Shown here: positions 11,784 to 23,590 of the stretch, one piece after another
How positions within the stretch are numbered: the stretch's first letter is position 1
Layout of the letters: the number at the start of each line of letters is the position of its first letter
From: Mytilus trossulus
Taxonomy: Eukaryota
Reading direction: 5' to 3'
DNA length: 64,000 bases
Assembly: GCF_036588685.1 (NCBI RefSeq)
Contig: NC_086381.1
Coordinates: forward strand, 24,304,001 to 24,368,000
Notes under the pieces: generated by a model
Told to the model about the DNA's origin: nothing
Seen by the model: only the letters and a program-made list of their open reading frames with translations
The model's database searches: none
Position numbers and translations under genes: made by a program

Positions 11784-12849
11784 AATTATGAAATTATTAA
11801 TGTAATCTAATTTACAAATATTGTAACCACTTCGTAAAAATAATACAGAGTGTGTCTGCTAAACTGAGTGAAAATGGGCAAAATTTAGAAGAAGAAAATT
11901 AAGGAATTCTAGTTTTACATTATGAATAAACAATTAATCTCTGTATAAAATGCAAAATCATATGTGAACAGACCAAAAAAAGTCATAAATTAAATTTTTC
12001 CCCATCTTTTTTCTCTCCATTTTAAATAAAACTGCACCGCATGAGATGTCTACGATCGGGCAAAAAAGTTAGCTTAAGTTATTGGCTTTGCAAAAATATC
12101 ATTTTTAGCCTTCAGGTATGCCGGTCCATTAAAGTCGTAAAATAAGCACCTTTCTCTTGGTCTGTCACTCCACTATCTAGACGTTTATAATTTAATTGCT
12201 GACAAGGTCTGTTCTTTTTATTTTGTTTGAAAACAATTTTATTTTATAAATACTATCTTTCACACGTATACGACTGTTCTTATGGAATTGTACAATTCAA
12301 TAGATTCATATGTAGACTGCCGCTAATTTACAGTATTATTCAATTTCTTTTTTCATTCATTTAGTTGTAAATTGTTTTTAATATTTTGTAAATTGTATTT
12401 TGTAGATTTTGCAGGCTGTTGATCGTACTTTTAGTGAAGAGAATGTAACAACGATTGCTATTTTTTGCGTACAACCTCCCATTATTAATGTTTGTTCACA
12501 TGTGGTTATTATTGTTCGATTGTATTATTAAATGTCTGGGTGCCGCAAATCTATACATCGCATAGAATATTTGTGTTTTGTGTCATTAAGCCTTTTATAA
12601 AAAAAAAATACTTTGGTGAAATAGAACACAAGTGAGAAGGTAATTTTTAGAAATACTGTATAAAATTATTTTTTATGTCATTTGTAAGCGTCAATATAGG
12701 AAAACATCCATGTATTGGTAAGACCGTCTTACGTCAATGAAAAGGATATTTAAGATATTTAAGACTTAGATAACAAAGTTATACACACACATACAATGAT
12801 AGAGATATGCACCACGACTCTGAAAAACATCCAATGTTCTACTGCGTTA

Positions 12850-13720
12850 TCTTAGATAACAATCTCTGCAATTTTGCAGAAACATTAGGACTTTTGAATT
12901 GTCTACGTTTTACAATACTATTCTACATGCTGAATTGAAAGATCGACTTCACCAACAGAGCCTTTTCTATAAATATGGGAATCGTAGATACAAATTTCTT
13001 GTTTTAGGTCATAATAATTCTTATTTTGTGAAGAACCACACTGAAAATACCAGAATACATACTGAGGACGATATTATCAAAATGCTTGACATTTTGATCG
13101 ACAATATATTTGTTGAGTTTGGAGGATTGCTATTTAAGACAGTCGATATTCCAATTGGTACTAATTGTGGACCCCTGCTAGCCGATTTGTTTTTGTATTC
13201 GTATATGAAGCATAGTTCATTCAGAACTTTCAAAAAGGCAAAAAGAAAAAGAAGCTTGCGGAATTCCTTAATTTAACTTATATTGATGATGTCCTATCAC
13301 TGAATAACCCATATTTCAGCCAATACTTGCATCTCATATATCACAGTTCACTTGGAATTGGGGATACTACTGATACTAGAAGGACTGCTTAAACCTTGAT
13401 GGTTTCCTTAATATTAACACAGATGGACGACTGCACACTATAATCTATGACACACGAGACGATTTCAACTTCCTAATTATCTATTTCACATTCTCAGCAG
13501 AAGCATACCATCTGCCCCCTCGTATGGCATTTACATATCTCAGTTGATACGTAATGCTCGTGCATGTTCACACTATACGGGCTTCATATACAGGAGTGTA
13601 CTCCTTACAAAGTTATGAGGAGGAAATATTAAAGATGACACTCCGTTTATTTTATGAACACCATCACGAATTGGTTGATCCATACGATATGTCCTTGTCT
13701 AAACTACATAATGACATTTT
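12850..13720 (+). mobile_element. Degenerate Penelope-like element reverse transcriptase
   Basis: Frameshifted motifs TFELSTFYNTILH, LIDNIFVEFGG, IPIGTNCGPLLADLFLYSY, YIDDVLSLNN, YDTRDDFNF, YGIYISQLIR.ARACS typical of bivalve Penelope-like RTs; followed directly by a hammerhead-family repeat. Confidence 0.8.
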
Positions 13721-14199
13721 TCCGCGTCTTAGATTATGGTTTATTATTCACGCCATCTGGTACCGAACATGACCTATTCCCGAATATGACTATTTTGTTG
13801 TGTGTGAATTCGCCGCATTGTTATAAGCCGTGTCACAACGGTATTTGTTATCCAACATTCATGTATTTAAATACTAAGCATTTGCATATCCCAGGCATAG
13901 ATAACCTTAGCCGTAATTGACACAACTTTTTGGAATTTTTAGTCATCATTGCTGTTTAACTTTATACTTGTTTGGCTTTCTTAATATTTGATCTGAGTGT
14001 CATCGATGAGTCTTAAGTAGATGATTTGTGCGTCTGGCGTATCACATTTTACGCAAGGTATCTTTGAAAACAATTAGCATGTCGAAATGTATTTTTGTAT
14101 TGCTTATTTGTTAGTGTATTTCTCTGTACTGAATGTTCTTGCATTTATTTTCACTGAAGTCTGTCATGTAGTATTGTCATTTTAGTGTTATATTTAACA

Positions 14200-14294
14200 T
14201 TGCAATTAAAGCGCGAGGTTTGAATAGCCACAAAACCAGGTTCAACCCGCCATATTTTCTTAAAATATCCTGTACCAAGTCAGGAAAACGGCAG
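14200..14294 (+). ncRNA. Degenerate twister-like motif (variant with GAGGU/UACC pairing)
   Basis: GAGGT...CAACCCGCC-ATATTTTcttAAAATAT-CCTG-TACCAAGT-CAGG; P3 and P4 intact, P2 imperfect. Confidence 0.5.
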
Positions 14295-15084
14295 TTGTTA
14301 TCTAATAGTTAGTTTCTGTGTGTGATGCATTGTCATTTTTTTTTGGTTCCACTTCAGTGTTTCGTTGTTTTCCTCCCTCTTACAGTTGATGCGTTTCCCT
14401 TAGTTTTATTTGTAACCCAGATTTGTTTTCTCTCAATCGATTAATGACTTTCGAACATTGGTATACCACTGTTGCCTTTATCTAATGTAAATAAACTGAT
14501 CATAGATACAAGGATTAAATATTCATTGGTGAACAAAATCTTCATTCAAATCGTACACCTTCACATTCGTTAACTGCATTGCCATGAATTATATAGAATG
14601 TACCTCCAAAACGAACAATAACAATTTCACAGGTATCGTATCGTTATTTTAATATTTCCTTAAGTTCTTATTATTATATTAAAAATATCAAATGCGAAAT
14701 TGCTACATTATATGCGATGCAATCCTTAATGTGAAGCTATTATTTTGATCTATAAAATAAAAATATACATGATATAAAAAAAAAGATATGGTATGCTTGC
14801 CAATGAGACAACTGTCGGACCAAAATGACACAGACATTAACAACTATATGATGCATGTTTTACTACAAAAGGGGTAGAATTTTAACTTTATTGAAACTAT
14901 ACAAATAAAAGAAAATGGTGCATTTTTCTTCGTTTGTCGTTATAATCTGGTATTATATCATATTCAGCAATCTGTACTTAATTTGACTTTTACAATACAT
15001 TTCGCGTCTATATTTCCAACTTTGAATGTACATATAACCAAACTATAGCAGAAATATGATATGATTTCTGGTGTTCATTCATTT

Positions 15085-15834
15085 TTACCATTTGAAATTA
15101 TCCTCCTCAGCATCGAAAGATACGGATAGATTTTTCTTTAGGTTGAGCGGGCGAGGTCTTGCATTACTGAGTGAAGAGTAATCTGGTGGAGGAGAGTCCT
15201 TTTCTTGTGGTCTCCATTTTGGTTGAATTATTGGCAACATTGAAGACAGTTTACACCTTTTCAGAAATGACATATCAGTTTCCTCTTGTGAATCTTCCTT
15301 TTCCACATCTCCAAAATTGTTTATTTTTTTAAAAGGATGAAAATTATCTTCCCTGAGCAAATATGTTTTAATTTGGTACTCCTGTAACTTCTTGTCCATG
15401 TAACTATCATTTTTAGAACTGAAAGTATCATGTACAGGGCGATTTAAGTCATACGGTGACGATTTATATTCTTTATAATCATATTCACGAATAGAATTCT
15501 CTGGTCCACCAATTGGAATTAGTTCTACATTTGTGTTTCTTCTGGGTTGTTTAATGGATTTCATTTCTTCGTGTTGATCTCTAGTTATGTAATTTGGCTT
15601 ATATTCTTTATACTTATGTTCATGAAAATTGTCATAAGAACGATGTTTTTCGTATAATTCATGAACTTTTTCGTATTCATGAACTCTATTATATTCTTGT
15701 ATATTTTTATTCACACGCAAATGTCCATTAAATGTAAAAATTTCGTATTCTGATAACCTTCTAGCAACATTGTCAAATATTTGTTGTTCCGGACCAACCG
15801 GATATTGAGCTATTCTAGGTCCTTTTCTCTCCAT
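15085..15834 (-). CDS. Uncharacterised low-complexity protein, paralog 1 (about 249 aa from first ATG; may be a terminal exon)
   Basis: 759-bp open frame in AT-rich DNA; shares FxPFKK and DMxFLKxxKLSSMLPIIQPKW with the 21166-21633 ORF; TTATTTGCAG acceptor-like site just upstream of the ATG. Confidence 0.7.
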   Translation of the reverse strand: MERKGPRIAQYPVGPEQQIFDNVARRLSEYEIFTFNGHLRVNKNIQEYNRVHEYEKVHELYEKHRSYDNFHEHKYKEYKPNYITRDQHEEMKSIKQPRRNTNVELIPIGGPENSIREYDYKEYKSSPYDLNRPVHDTFSSKNDSYMDKKLQEYQIKTYLLREDNFHPFKKINNFGDVEKEDSQEETDMSFLKRCKLSSMLPIIQPKWRPQEKDSPPPDYSSLSNARPRPLNLKKNLSVSFDAEEDNFKW

Positions 15835-16153
15835 TTCCTGCAAATAATATTTTGAGATAAAGTAACATCTTCTTGTGGTAACATTTTACAGTAAGTAACA
15901 TTCATTTTTTTCTTTAAGGGTGTGGGTTATTGCGAAAACATGAAGAAGACTTATAGGAATTGGGACGACTGAGAAAACATGAAGAAGACTGATAAACAAC
16001 ATCTGATAGTTCAATCTACTTTTTTGATGTTCTGTTATTACATTATTAGTCCAAAATTTCCCCATAATCGATTATTTTTAAGCGATCTCTACGATCTCGT
16101 CTGAGGTTGCATCACGTTATAAGTCAAACAGCAAATAGTTATCAAAGATACCG

Positions 16154-16264
16154 GGAGTCGATTTCACAAAAAAAAACTTACGACTAACATTGATCGTAAG
16201 TATACTGATTTGTTCATGACTTAAGACCAATCTTAGTCGTAAGTGTTTTTGTGAAATCGACTCC
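16154..16264. mobile_element. About 110-bp palindromic MITE inserted into a hammerhead repeat
   Basis: GGAGTCGATTTCACAAAAA...TTTTTGTGAAATCGACTCC; interrupts the GATACC|GGATT sequence of the host repeat. Confidence 0.75.
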
Positions 16265-16280
16265 TGGATTATAATTTAAT

Positions 16281-16324
16281 ACGCCAGACGCGCGTTTCGT
16301 TTACATAAGACTCATCAGTGACGC
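16281..16324 (-). ncRNA. Minimal type I hammerhead ribozyme (variant A, intact core)
   Basis: Minus: GCGUCA-CUGAUGA-GUCUUAUGUAAAC-GAAA-CGCGCG-UC-UGGCGU; one mismatch in stem II. Confidence 0.75.
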
Positions 16325-18092
16325 TCGGAACAAAATAGTTATAAAGCCAAACAAGTACAAAGTTGAAGAGCATTGGGGTCCCATAATTCCAAAGCCAAAC
16401 AAGTACAAAGTTGAAGAGCATTGGGGTCCCAAAATTCCAAAATAAAAGTTTCATGTTCCATACTTATCGAATAGTATAAGCGAATAAATTGATATGTTAA
16501 TTATTATATTTAATTTATAATGACTGATAAGTGAAGATTGCAGTATTTATGTAAGGACACACATATACATAAGATCGCAACTGTATAAGCGTTATAGACT
16601 AACAACCATTAAATGTAGAAAGATCTAAGAGTTATTAAGATATTTTTATGTAAAAAAAAACAAATAAAAACTGAAAAGTGTACGTATATATTTTCCTTAC
16701 TAACAAAAACAGAATTTTAAGAAATAATATCTCTCTATGTAATACTTACAAGACAAATACTACAGTTAACTCCACTTACATAATGAAGTGACGCAAAACG
16801 AAACAGTAAATATTTCAATGAATTGATCAATGACTCAGTTGATTGAAACTTGTTTGTGATTTCCTTCAGCAAATTCTCAAATTACCAATTATTGGTTTCA
16901 TTGTTAAGCACATAATTTCTCAAATTACAAGCGTACGTAAAGCATGATTGAATCAAGTTATTAGACAATACATAACCGATATAAACAATACAAATAATAA
17001 TGTTTGTTTCGCTTTTAATAATTTAAATTACGTTTAATCTATATTTCAAATATAGAATTGACTCTAGTTGGAAGGAAAACAAAATGGTGAACTAGCTCGA
17101 AATACATGCAATGTCCAAAATGTAAAGTCTTATTTTGCAGATGAAATACTTCCTCGAAAAAGTTTTGATCTGCCTACTTAATATTTTTACTACATCTCTG
17201 TTTATCTAGTTTCCAAGACAAAACGCAAAAACGTTAAAATTGGTCAAAATTGTCATTTACGGCGATACCTGCTTTCAAAAGTTGTCTGATTTTTTCCAGA
17301 TATCTACAGCAACGAATTTGGCACCAACATTATTTTTTCTGTAAAACTACTATACTTTTCGTGATAAAGACACTATCATGTCTTTTTTTCACCCTTTGTT
17401 CTATTATTACTATCTTGGCAGTTATATATGTTTGCTTGATAGCAGTATCATCAAATTTGATTATAACAGTGGACTCCCTCTGAACAAGTGTTGGTCCCAA
17501 TTGACTGGTATTTTCAAAAGATTCGACATTTTATGAGCTAAGAAATGAATACAGACAAAAATTAGGAGCAATCAGAAGTGGCACTGGTCCATTTGGCAAT
17601 GTTATCTTGAAACAAAAATAAAAAAGCAAGGTCTTATTTAGAAGATTGGAAGAGTAAAAATTCTGAAAAGAAGAAAAATAAGAACCCTTTAAAATGTATT
17701 GGAAATCGATAAAATGTGCAATTGTCTCGTCAGCTTTACTAGTCACGATGAATTTTTCCATGTTGTAAGTCTACAATAATAAGGTATTAGTTCGTACATC
17801 ACATACAATTACTGTTATGGTAAATGAAAATCAAAAACAGGTTAGACAGTACAACTAACAAATCATGCTATATCGTTTTTTATATAGACTAGACCGTTGG
17901 TTTTCCCGTTTGAATTGTTTTACACTAGTAATTTTGGGGCCCTTTATAGCTTTTTGTTCGGTGTGAGCCAAGGCTCCGTGTTGAAAATCGTACATTGACC
18001 TATAATGTTTTACTTTTATAAATTATCATTTGGATGGAGAGTTGTCTCATTAGCACTCAAATCAAATCTTCCTATATCTATAGACCGAACAT

Positions 18093-18488
18093 AATAGACC
18101 ATTTTCGAGTTCATCCGTCACCGGAAAAAACTCGTCAATTATACGCGCCTTTATCACCGTCATTTGTGCGTTTAGGGGCGTCGTCACTTCCTTCCAATGT
18201 TAAGCGAGTGGTTGGAAAACTATAATTCTATATTGTACGAATTATTCGGCAAATTGAATTCTCAAAATTGACAATCAACACTGCTGTCATTAGGGAATTG
18301 TCAGTAAGTACCTACAGAGCAACCATTATTTCTAGTTTATCCTGCACAAAGACGATCACTAAGACGCTTGATGAACGTAAATAGTGCAGGGATACAGGCG
18401 AGCCCCTCTATCTGGTAAATGACGTCATAAAGGCGTGCATAATTGACGAGTTTTTGCCGGTGACGGATGAACTCGAAAGTGGTCTATT
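18093..18488. mobile_element. MITE, about 395 bp (copy 2, inverted relative to 4097-4492)
   Basis: Same TIRs and internal sequence as copy 1 in reverse orientation. Confidence 0.85.
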
Positions 18489-19722
18489 GATCTACTATAG
18501 TTATAGTGTCTAAAGTAGGAACCTGATAATGAAAATGAGTCCAAGGTCAGTAAAAAAATCTGGGAAACAGACCTTTTAAGGAAAAAACCCCTAGCGTTGA
18601 CACATGACGATTATGATAAGGTCAAGTCAAATTATACTTGTCAGATCGAAATCTCTTAACAAATCGACGTTATCACTACCAGAATTCTTCTTCCCTTTCT
18701 TGAGTATGTAGCGTTATGCAAAATGTTTAAAACGTCAAATTAGTAACAACAATAAGAAAAAGACTACCAAACCATACATAAAGGAAGAACCGACAACAAT
18801 ATTACAGAAAAGAAAGGAAAAAGTAAAGTCCATAAAATATTCAAAGGTTGATCAACACAGAATTAAGACCTAGGATCATCTAACGCTGATGCTCCGGGAT
18901 GATTTCTGCTCCAACAACTGATGTGCGAACAAGAAAAGAAATGACTATGCATATCACATGACGTCAAAATAGATGCTACTTATAGCAGAGTTTAAAAAAA
19001 GTTCAGTAAGACGAAGTTTACCTTATTTGATGTATTTTTTTATTTTTCATTTTTTGTTTAAAATATTGAAATTTATAAAAACATATGTCGTAGAACTGCA
19101 TCTGAATATCGATTATCCAAGGAAGTTAAAATCGAAAGAAACATCCATAATGACTGAAAAATAAATGACCTTGGTATCTTTCATTCAAAGTGCAGGTATG
19201 TCAATTGAATAAAACATCTAAATGTTTGTCATGTCGCTTTTTCAGTTATGTAAGGTCACCATTCAACATTCTGTGTTGCAGTTGCCTTTTAGGTGAGGTT
19301 AAGGGAATTGTTTCAAACTAGAACATTAAACTAATAATTGTTTTTTTCATCAAGAACAACGAAATATCTAAATAAAAATTACTTCAGAATACAGATAATG
19401 GAACTGGATCAAATTGATAATATCTAAAAACGTGCCAGAAATCTATGTAAATACCAAGAACTTCAAACACTATGCCATAGGGTCTTATTTAAGAGAATTA
19501 GAACAGTTTTAGCGAGACAATATGTTATGAGTACTGTAGTATCCATTGCATATGGTTTCCGTGGAGGATAAAATAGACAAACGAAACCTTTTTTTTTTAT
19601 TTTCCATTAAGATTCTGATGGAAAATACTCAAATAGGAATAACATTTATTGAGATTGATCCTACCTTTGTCTTGCAAATACAAGAGTAGTCAAATATTAT
19701 TTTGTAATGTTTATTCACAAAA

Positions 19723-20508
19723 TTAAAATGTTGATCTTTTCAATGAATAAATATAGCTACTAATAAGAAGATCTATAGAATGAAAAGGATCTTCCAAAAT
19801 AGATTGCCTTTGTGAGTTTGCTCTCGTCACTTTATGATTATATTCCTTAGACGGACGATTACGTGGTGAAAATGATGATGTCTTTGGTTTCAGATCAAAT
19901 CTTGTCTGCTTTACAACCGGTAAAATTAAACGCGGTTTTGTTATCCTACTTATAAACACATCACTAGAATTCAAACTTGCTCGACGTTTCTGAGATCGCT
20001 TCGTAGGAGGTAACGGGTCCTTGGATTTAGTATGCATCACAACTGGTAGAACTACGGGAAGCGCGGGCTCGAGCACTGGCATTGTTTTATCAGTCGTTCT
20101 AATTGAAACTTTATCATCTGTCTTTCTAACCGAAACTTTATCATCGGTCTTTCTAATCGAATCTTTATCGGCCGTCTTTCTAATCGAATCTTTATCGTCT
20201 GTCTTTTTAACAGAAACTTTATCATCTGTTTGCTTTTGGGGGGATTTAGGCTTCTCCTGATTCTTGATTGAGGGCGTTTTAGTTGTTTTTTTCTTAGTTT
20301 CGCTGTCATTTTGTTTATTATTGCCGAATAAGTCATTATTTCCCTCAAACAGGTCGTTTTTTTTAAATGGATCGAAATTTTGCTTGTTTAGTTTATAAGA
20401 TTTCGGTCTTTCATATTCACGTGTCTTCTGTTGTATTGGATCTTCTAATTGAACGTCTAATGCATTGCGGTAAGAACTTAGATTATAAGGTTTAGGTTTA
20501 TATTCCAT
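19723..20508 (-). CDS. Uncharacterised Lys-rich low-complexity protein, paralog 2 (261 aa)
   Basis: Intronless 786-bp ORF; N-terminus aligns with the 21166-21633 ORF (NLSS...EDP...K.REY.RPK.Y...FDPFKK.DLFE); internal 9-aa repeat KTDDKVSIR. Confidence 0.7.
   Translation of the reverse strand: MEYKPKPYNLSSYRNALDVQLEDPIQQKTREYERPKSYKLNKQNFDPFKKNDLFEGNNDLFGNNKQNDSETKKKTTKTPSIKNQEKPKSPQKQTDDKVSVKKTDDKDSIRKTADKDSIRKTDDKVSVRKTDDKVSIRTTDKTMPVLEPALPVVLPVVMHTKSKDPLPPTKRSQKRRASLNSSDVFISRITKPRLILPVVKQTRFDLKPKTSSFSPRNRPSKEYNHKVTRANSQRQSILEDPFHSIDLLISSYIYSLKRSTF
20090..20230 (-). repeat. Coding 27-bp tandem repeat (KTDDKxSxR x5)
   Basis: In-frame repeat inside paralog 2. Confidence 0.8.
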
Positions 20509-21165
20509 GACGAACTTTATATGTCCATAATAAATAAAAGCAAACTTATTATTCCATCTTAATCTTTCTTTATCAAACAGTCATAATAAGTCTTGTTGAA
20601 ACAAATAGTATAATATTTCCTGAATTATTATCCAAAAATTCGCAAACTTTTCTACGATTTGCTACAAACTGTATCTAAATAAGTTCTTAACGTAATATGT
20701 TAGTTGATACTAAATCGCCTTGCATTAATATTCGATAAATATTTTTTTACAAAAAATGCATACGTGCGTTTCAAGTCTTGCAATCAGTTTAAAAATCGTA
20801 AACGCTCGCTAAATGTATGACGTTTAAAAGCATGTCATATCGATTAGGGAACTAATTATAGTCGTTCTTTCTGTGTTATTGTATTGTTATTGAGTTACTT
20901 GATTCGTCTTTTGAAAGGTGATCCCCACAATCTGAGTTTGTTTACGTTAGGTACGGTCAGGAACTGTAGGTGGCATGTTATTCCTGACCATACAAAACAA
21001 AATTAAAAAGTGATCTTCAAATTTGACTTTGTTTACGTTAGGTACGGTCAGGAACTGTGGTATGATCAGAAACTGCAGATGGTATGCTATTCCTGACAAA
21101 ACAAGTAAAAGAATTCGCGATAAGCTCACATAGCATTACAATTCAGTTTCAATTTACTGTTCACA

Positions 21166-21633
21166 TTAGGGATGTTGTATCCATTTTGGTTGAATAATTG
21201 GCAACATGGATGATAGTTTGTAGTTTTTCAGAAATTCCATGTCATCATCTTCATCATCTTCATCATTTTCTATGTCATTTGGCTTTTCATATTGTTCTTG
21301 CATTTCTAGGGGTGTCTGTTGCTTCTCTGGCATCTTCGGAGGATGTTTTGGTTCTTCTTGTTCTTGTATGGGCGAGTTTGTTGATTTGTGTTCCCTTTGT
21401 TTCTGTATAGTCATGGTTGTTTTATCTTCACGTTCATTCTCTGAACTGCTTTCATATTTTGGTTGCGTTTCCTCAAACAAATCTACCTTTTTAAAGGGAT
21501 CAAAAGCTTGGCTGGTGCTTGCATAAGGTTTTGGTCTTTTGTATTCCCGAGGTTTGTGTTCAAAAGGATCTTCTACTTTTCTATTAAATGTTTCTTCAAC
21601 AGAACTCAGATTTAATTCAGGTTTATCCTCCAT
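21166..21633 (-). CDS. Uncharacterised acidic low-complexity protein, paralog 3 (155 aa)
   Basis: Intronless ORF with both family motifs: EDPFEHKPREYKRPKPY...FDPFKKVDLFEE and DDMEFLKNYKLSSMLPIIQPKW. Confidence 0.7.
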   Translation of the reverse strand: MEDKPELNLSSVEETFNRKVEDPFEHKPREYKRPKPYASTSQAFDPFKKVDLFEETQPKYESSSENEREDKTTMTIQKQREHKSTNSPIQEQEEPKHPPKMPEKQQTPLEMQEQYEKPNDIENDEDDEDDDMEFLKNYKLSSMLPIIQPKWIQHP

Positions 21634-23034
21634 AATGTCTGTGGAGACTCGGTTACAAGATATTTAGTGGTAGTTTCTTTTTACTTTAAACGGATTGTCA
21701 ATATAATTGATATAATAGTAACTTCATGTGATAATCCTAATATCATTTCATTTCTCGAATAAAACTCATGAATACGTTGCTTGAAATTTCAAACGTTATT
21801 TGGAATGGTCGCACAGTCTCTGTTCCTAATAGTTCGAATAATTCTTTTTTTTCTGATTCCAAATCCAAAATGTTAGTTTGTTTTCATGTTGTTAGTAGAC
21901 AATTAATGATTTTTTTATAAACTATCCCGCACTTTATTCGTTAAATATTTATTTTCAGACTTCAACGGATTCACCTGATAAGTATCATATTTTCAAGTGC
22001 ATACTAAGCGGTAATCTATAAAATCTTCCTTTGTTTTATTGTGATATTAATAGTCCCTCTAAGGTCAAGTAACAATATATGGGTCATGTCACAGGATTTT
22101 CTACACAACTGTGGATTGGTAAATTTGACATAAAGATTAAGAAATAATAAAATACCATAGTTTTTTTTTTTTATTATTTTCTAAAATATTATTGAATGTA
22201 TTATTTTTGAAATAGATAAATAAGTATATGAAACATTATTAAAAGACGGTGTCAAAAATATTTTTTTGTTTCATGATAATGCATATTGTATATGGGTTGT
22301 GTTGAAAAAATAGGGGAAAATGACACAGAGGTCAGTGATATATTATGTAGAGTAATATATCACTGACAGCTGTGGATAGTTAACGTTGAATTGATAGTAA
22401 ATAGCAAATACAAGTTATTTGTAGTATACTAATGTTCTTATGATACAGAAAAACGTGATAATAATTAAAACTGAGAGAAGACAAAAAAAAAAAGATTTTG
22501 GAAAAAATGCGAAGGCAGCACAAATCTGTCCTGTCCCCTAGTACCTTTGTTTCATAATAATAAACATTATAAAAGTGAATGCCTTTTATATGAATTTGGT
22601 TAAAAAGAGGGGGGAATGCAACAGTTGAAAAATTCACCCATCTGTAGGTTTAAAATTATTTTGTTATCTTAAAAATATTTCTTATTCAAATATTTTTTTC
22701 CCAGTATTAAAACATTTCTTCCTTCTTTTTAAGGGTGTGCGTGGGGGAGATTATGAGAAACAAATCCCATGTAGACAAAATTGTATTTACTATTTCTGCC
22801 TATACATACATTCTTGCAAGCGATGATAATAGAATGTGTCTACGCAAAAAAAAAATAACTGAATTCTTCTTCGATAAAAATGCGATGAACGCAGCATATT
22901 TTATATGAAGCGCTTTCAACACTAATAACATACAAAACAACTCTTAAAGTTACATTTGTATGCTGCGGCCATGAGATTGAAAGTTATTTATAGTTTGGTT
23001 TGGTTTCTTATTCCTCGTTGTGTTAATTTATAAA

Positions 23035-23590
23035 AGGTACCAGTCTTAATACGCCAGATGCACGTTTCGTCTACATAAACTCACCAGTGACGCTCATATC
23101 AAAATAGTTAGAAAGCCAAGCAATTACATAGTTGAAGAGCATTGAGGACCAAACATTTCTAAAAAGTTGTGCGAAATACGGTAAATAAACTCATTATAGA
23201 TACCAAGTTTTGCCAAATACAGCTAAGGTAAGCTATGCCTTAGGTAGAAAAGCCTTAGTATTTCAAAAAATTCTAAAATTTGTAAACAGTTAATATATAA
23301 ATATAACCATATCAATGATAGTTCATGTCAGCACCAAAAGCGCTGACTACTGGGCTTGTGATATCATCGGGGAAATAAATCTCCACCAGCAGTGGCATCG
23401 ATCCAGTGGTTGTAACTCATCATATATATCATGACTAAATTTTGTAATACGCCAGACGCGCGACGTATGCCTAGTATTAGAAAATCCTTTGTATTTCGAA
23501 TAGTTCATATACTTTTTCAAACAGTTGAATTATAAATTGATCATATTATTGATATTCATGTCAACACCGAAGTGCTGACTACTGGGTTTG
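23035..23590 (-). mobile_element. Tandem hammerhead-bearing repeat (about 1.4 units)
   Basis: Mutated hammerhead at 23051-23093 (CUGGUGA), hammerhead 3' remnant at 23449-23462, two copies of the hairpin motif (23325-23348, 23558-23580). Confidence 0.7.

Larger units (their letters stand above)
8120..12175 (-). mobile_element. Degenerate Academ DNA transposon
   Basis: TIRs TAGTGGAGTGAC / GTCACTCCACTA (TAG...CTA termini), 3-bp TSD TCT (8117-8119, 12176-12178); broken minus-strand transposase fragments including MLRYFFITLTNYARWTPAYILDMLNL...FMSGEF (10126-10383). Confidence 0.75.

Noticed and set aside
17250-17761. Short ORFs between the orphan paralogs as a fourth paralog or upstream exon
   Set aside because: None of the family motifs found and no convincing splice pairing
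20021-21526. Plus-strand and alternative-frame ORFs over paralogs 2 and 3
   Set aside because: Shadows of low-complexity coding sequence on the minus strand
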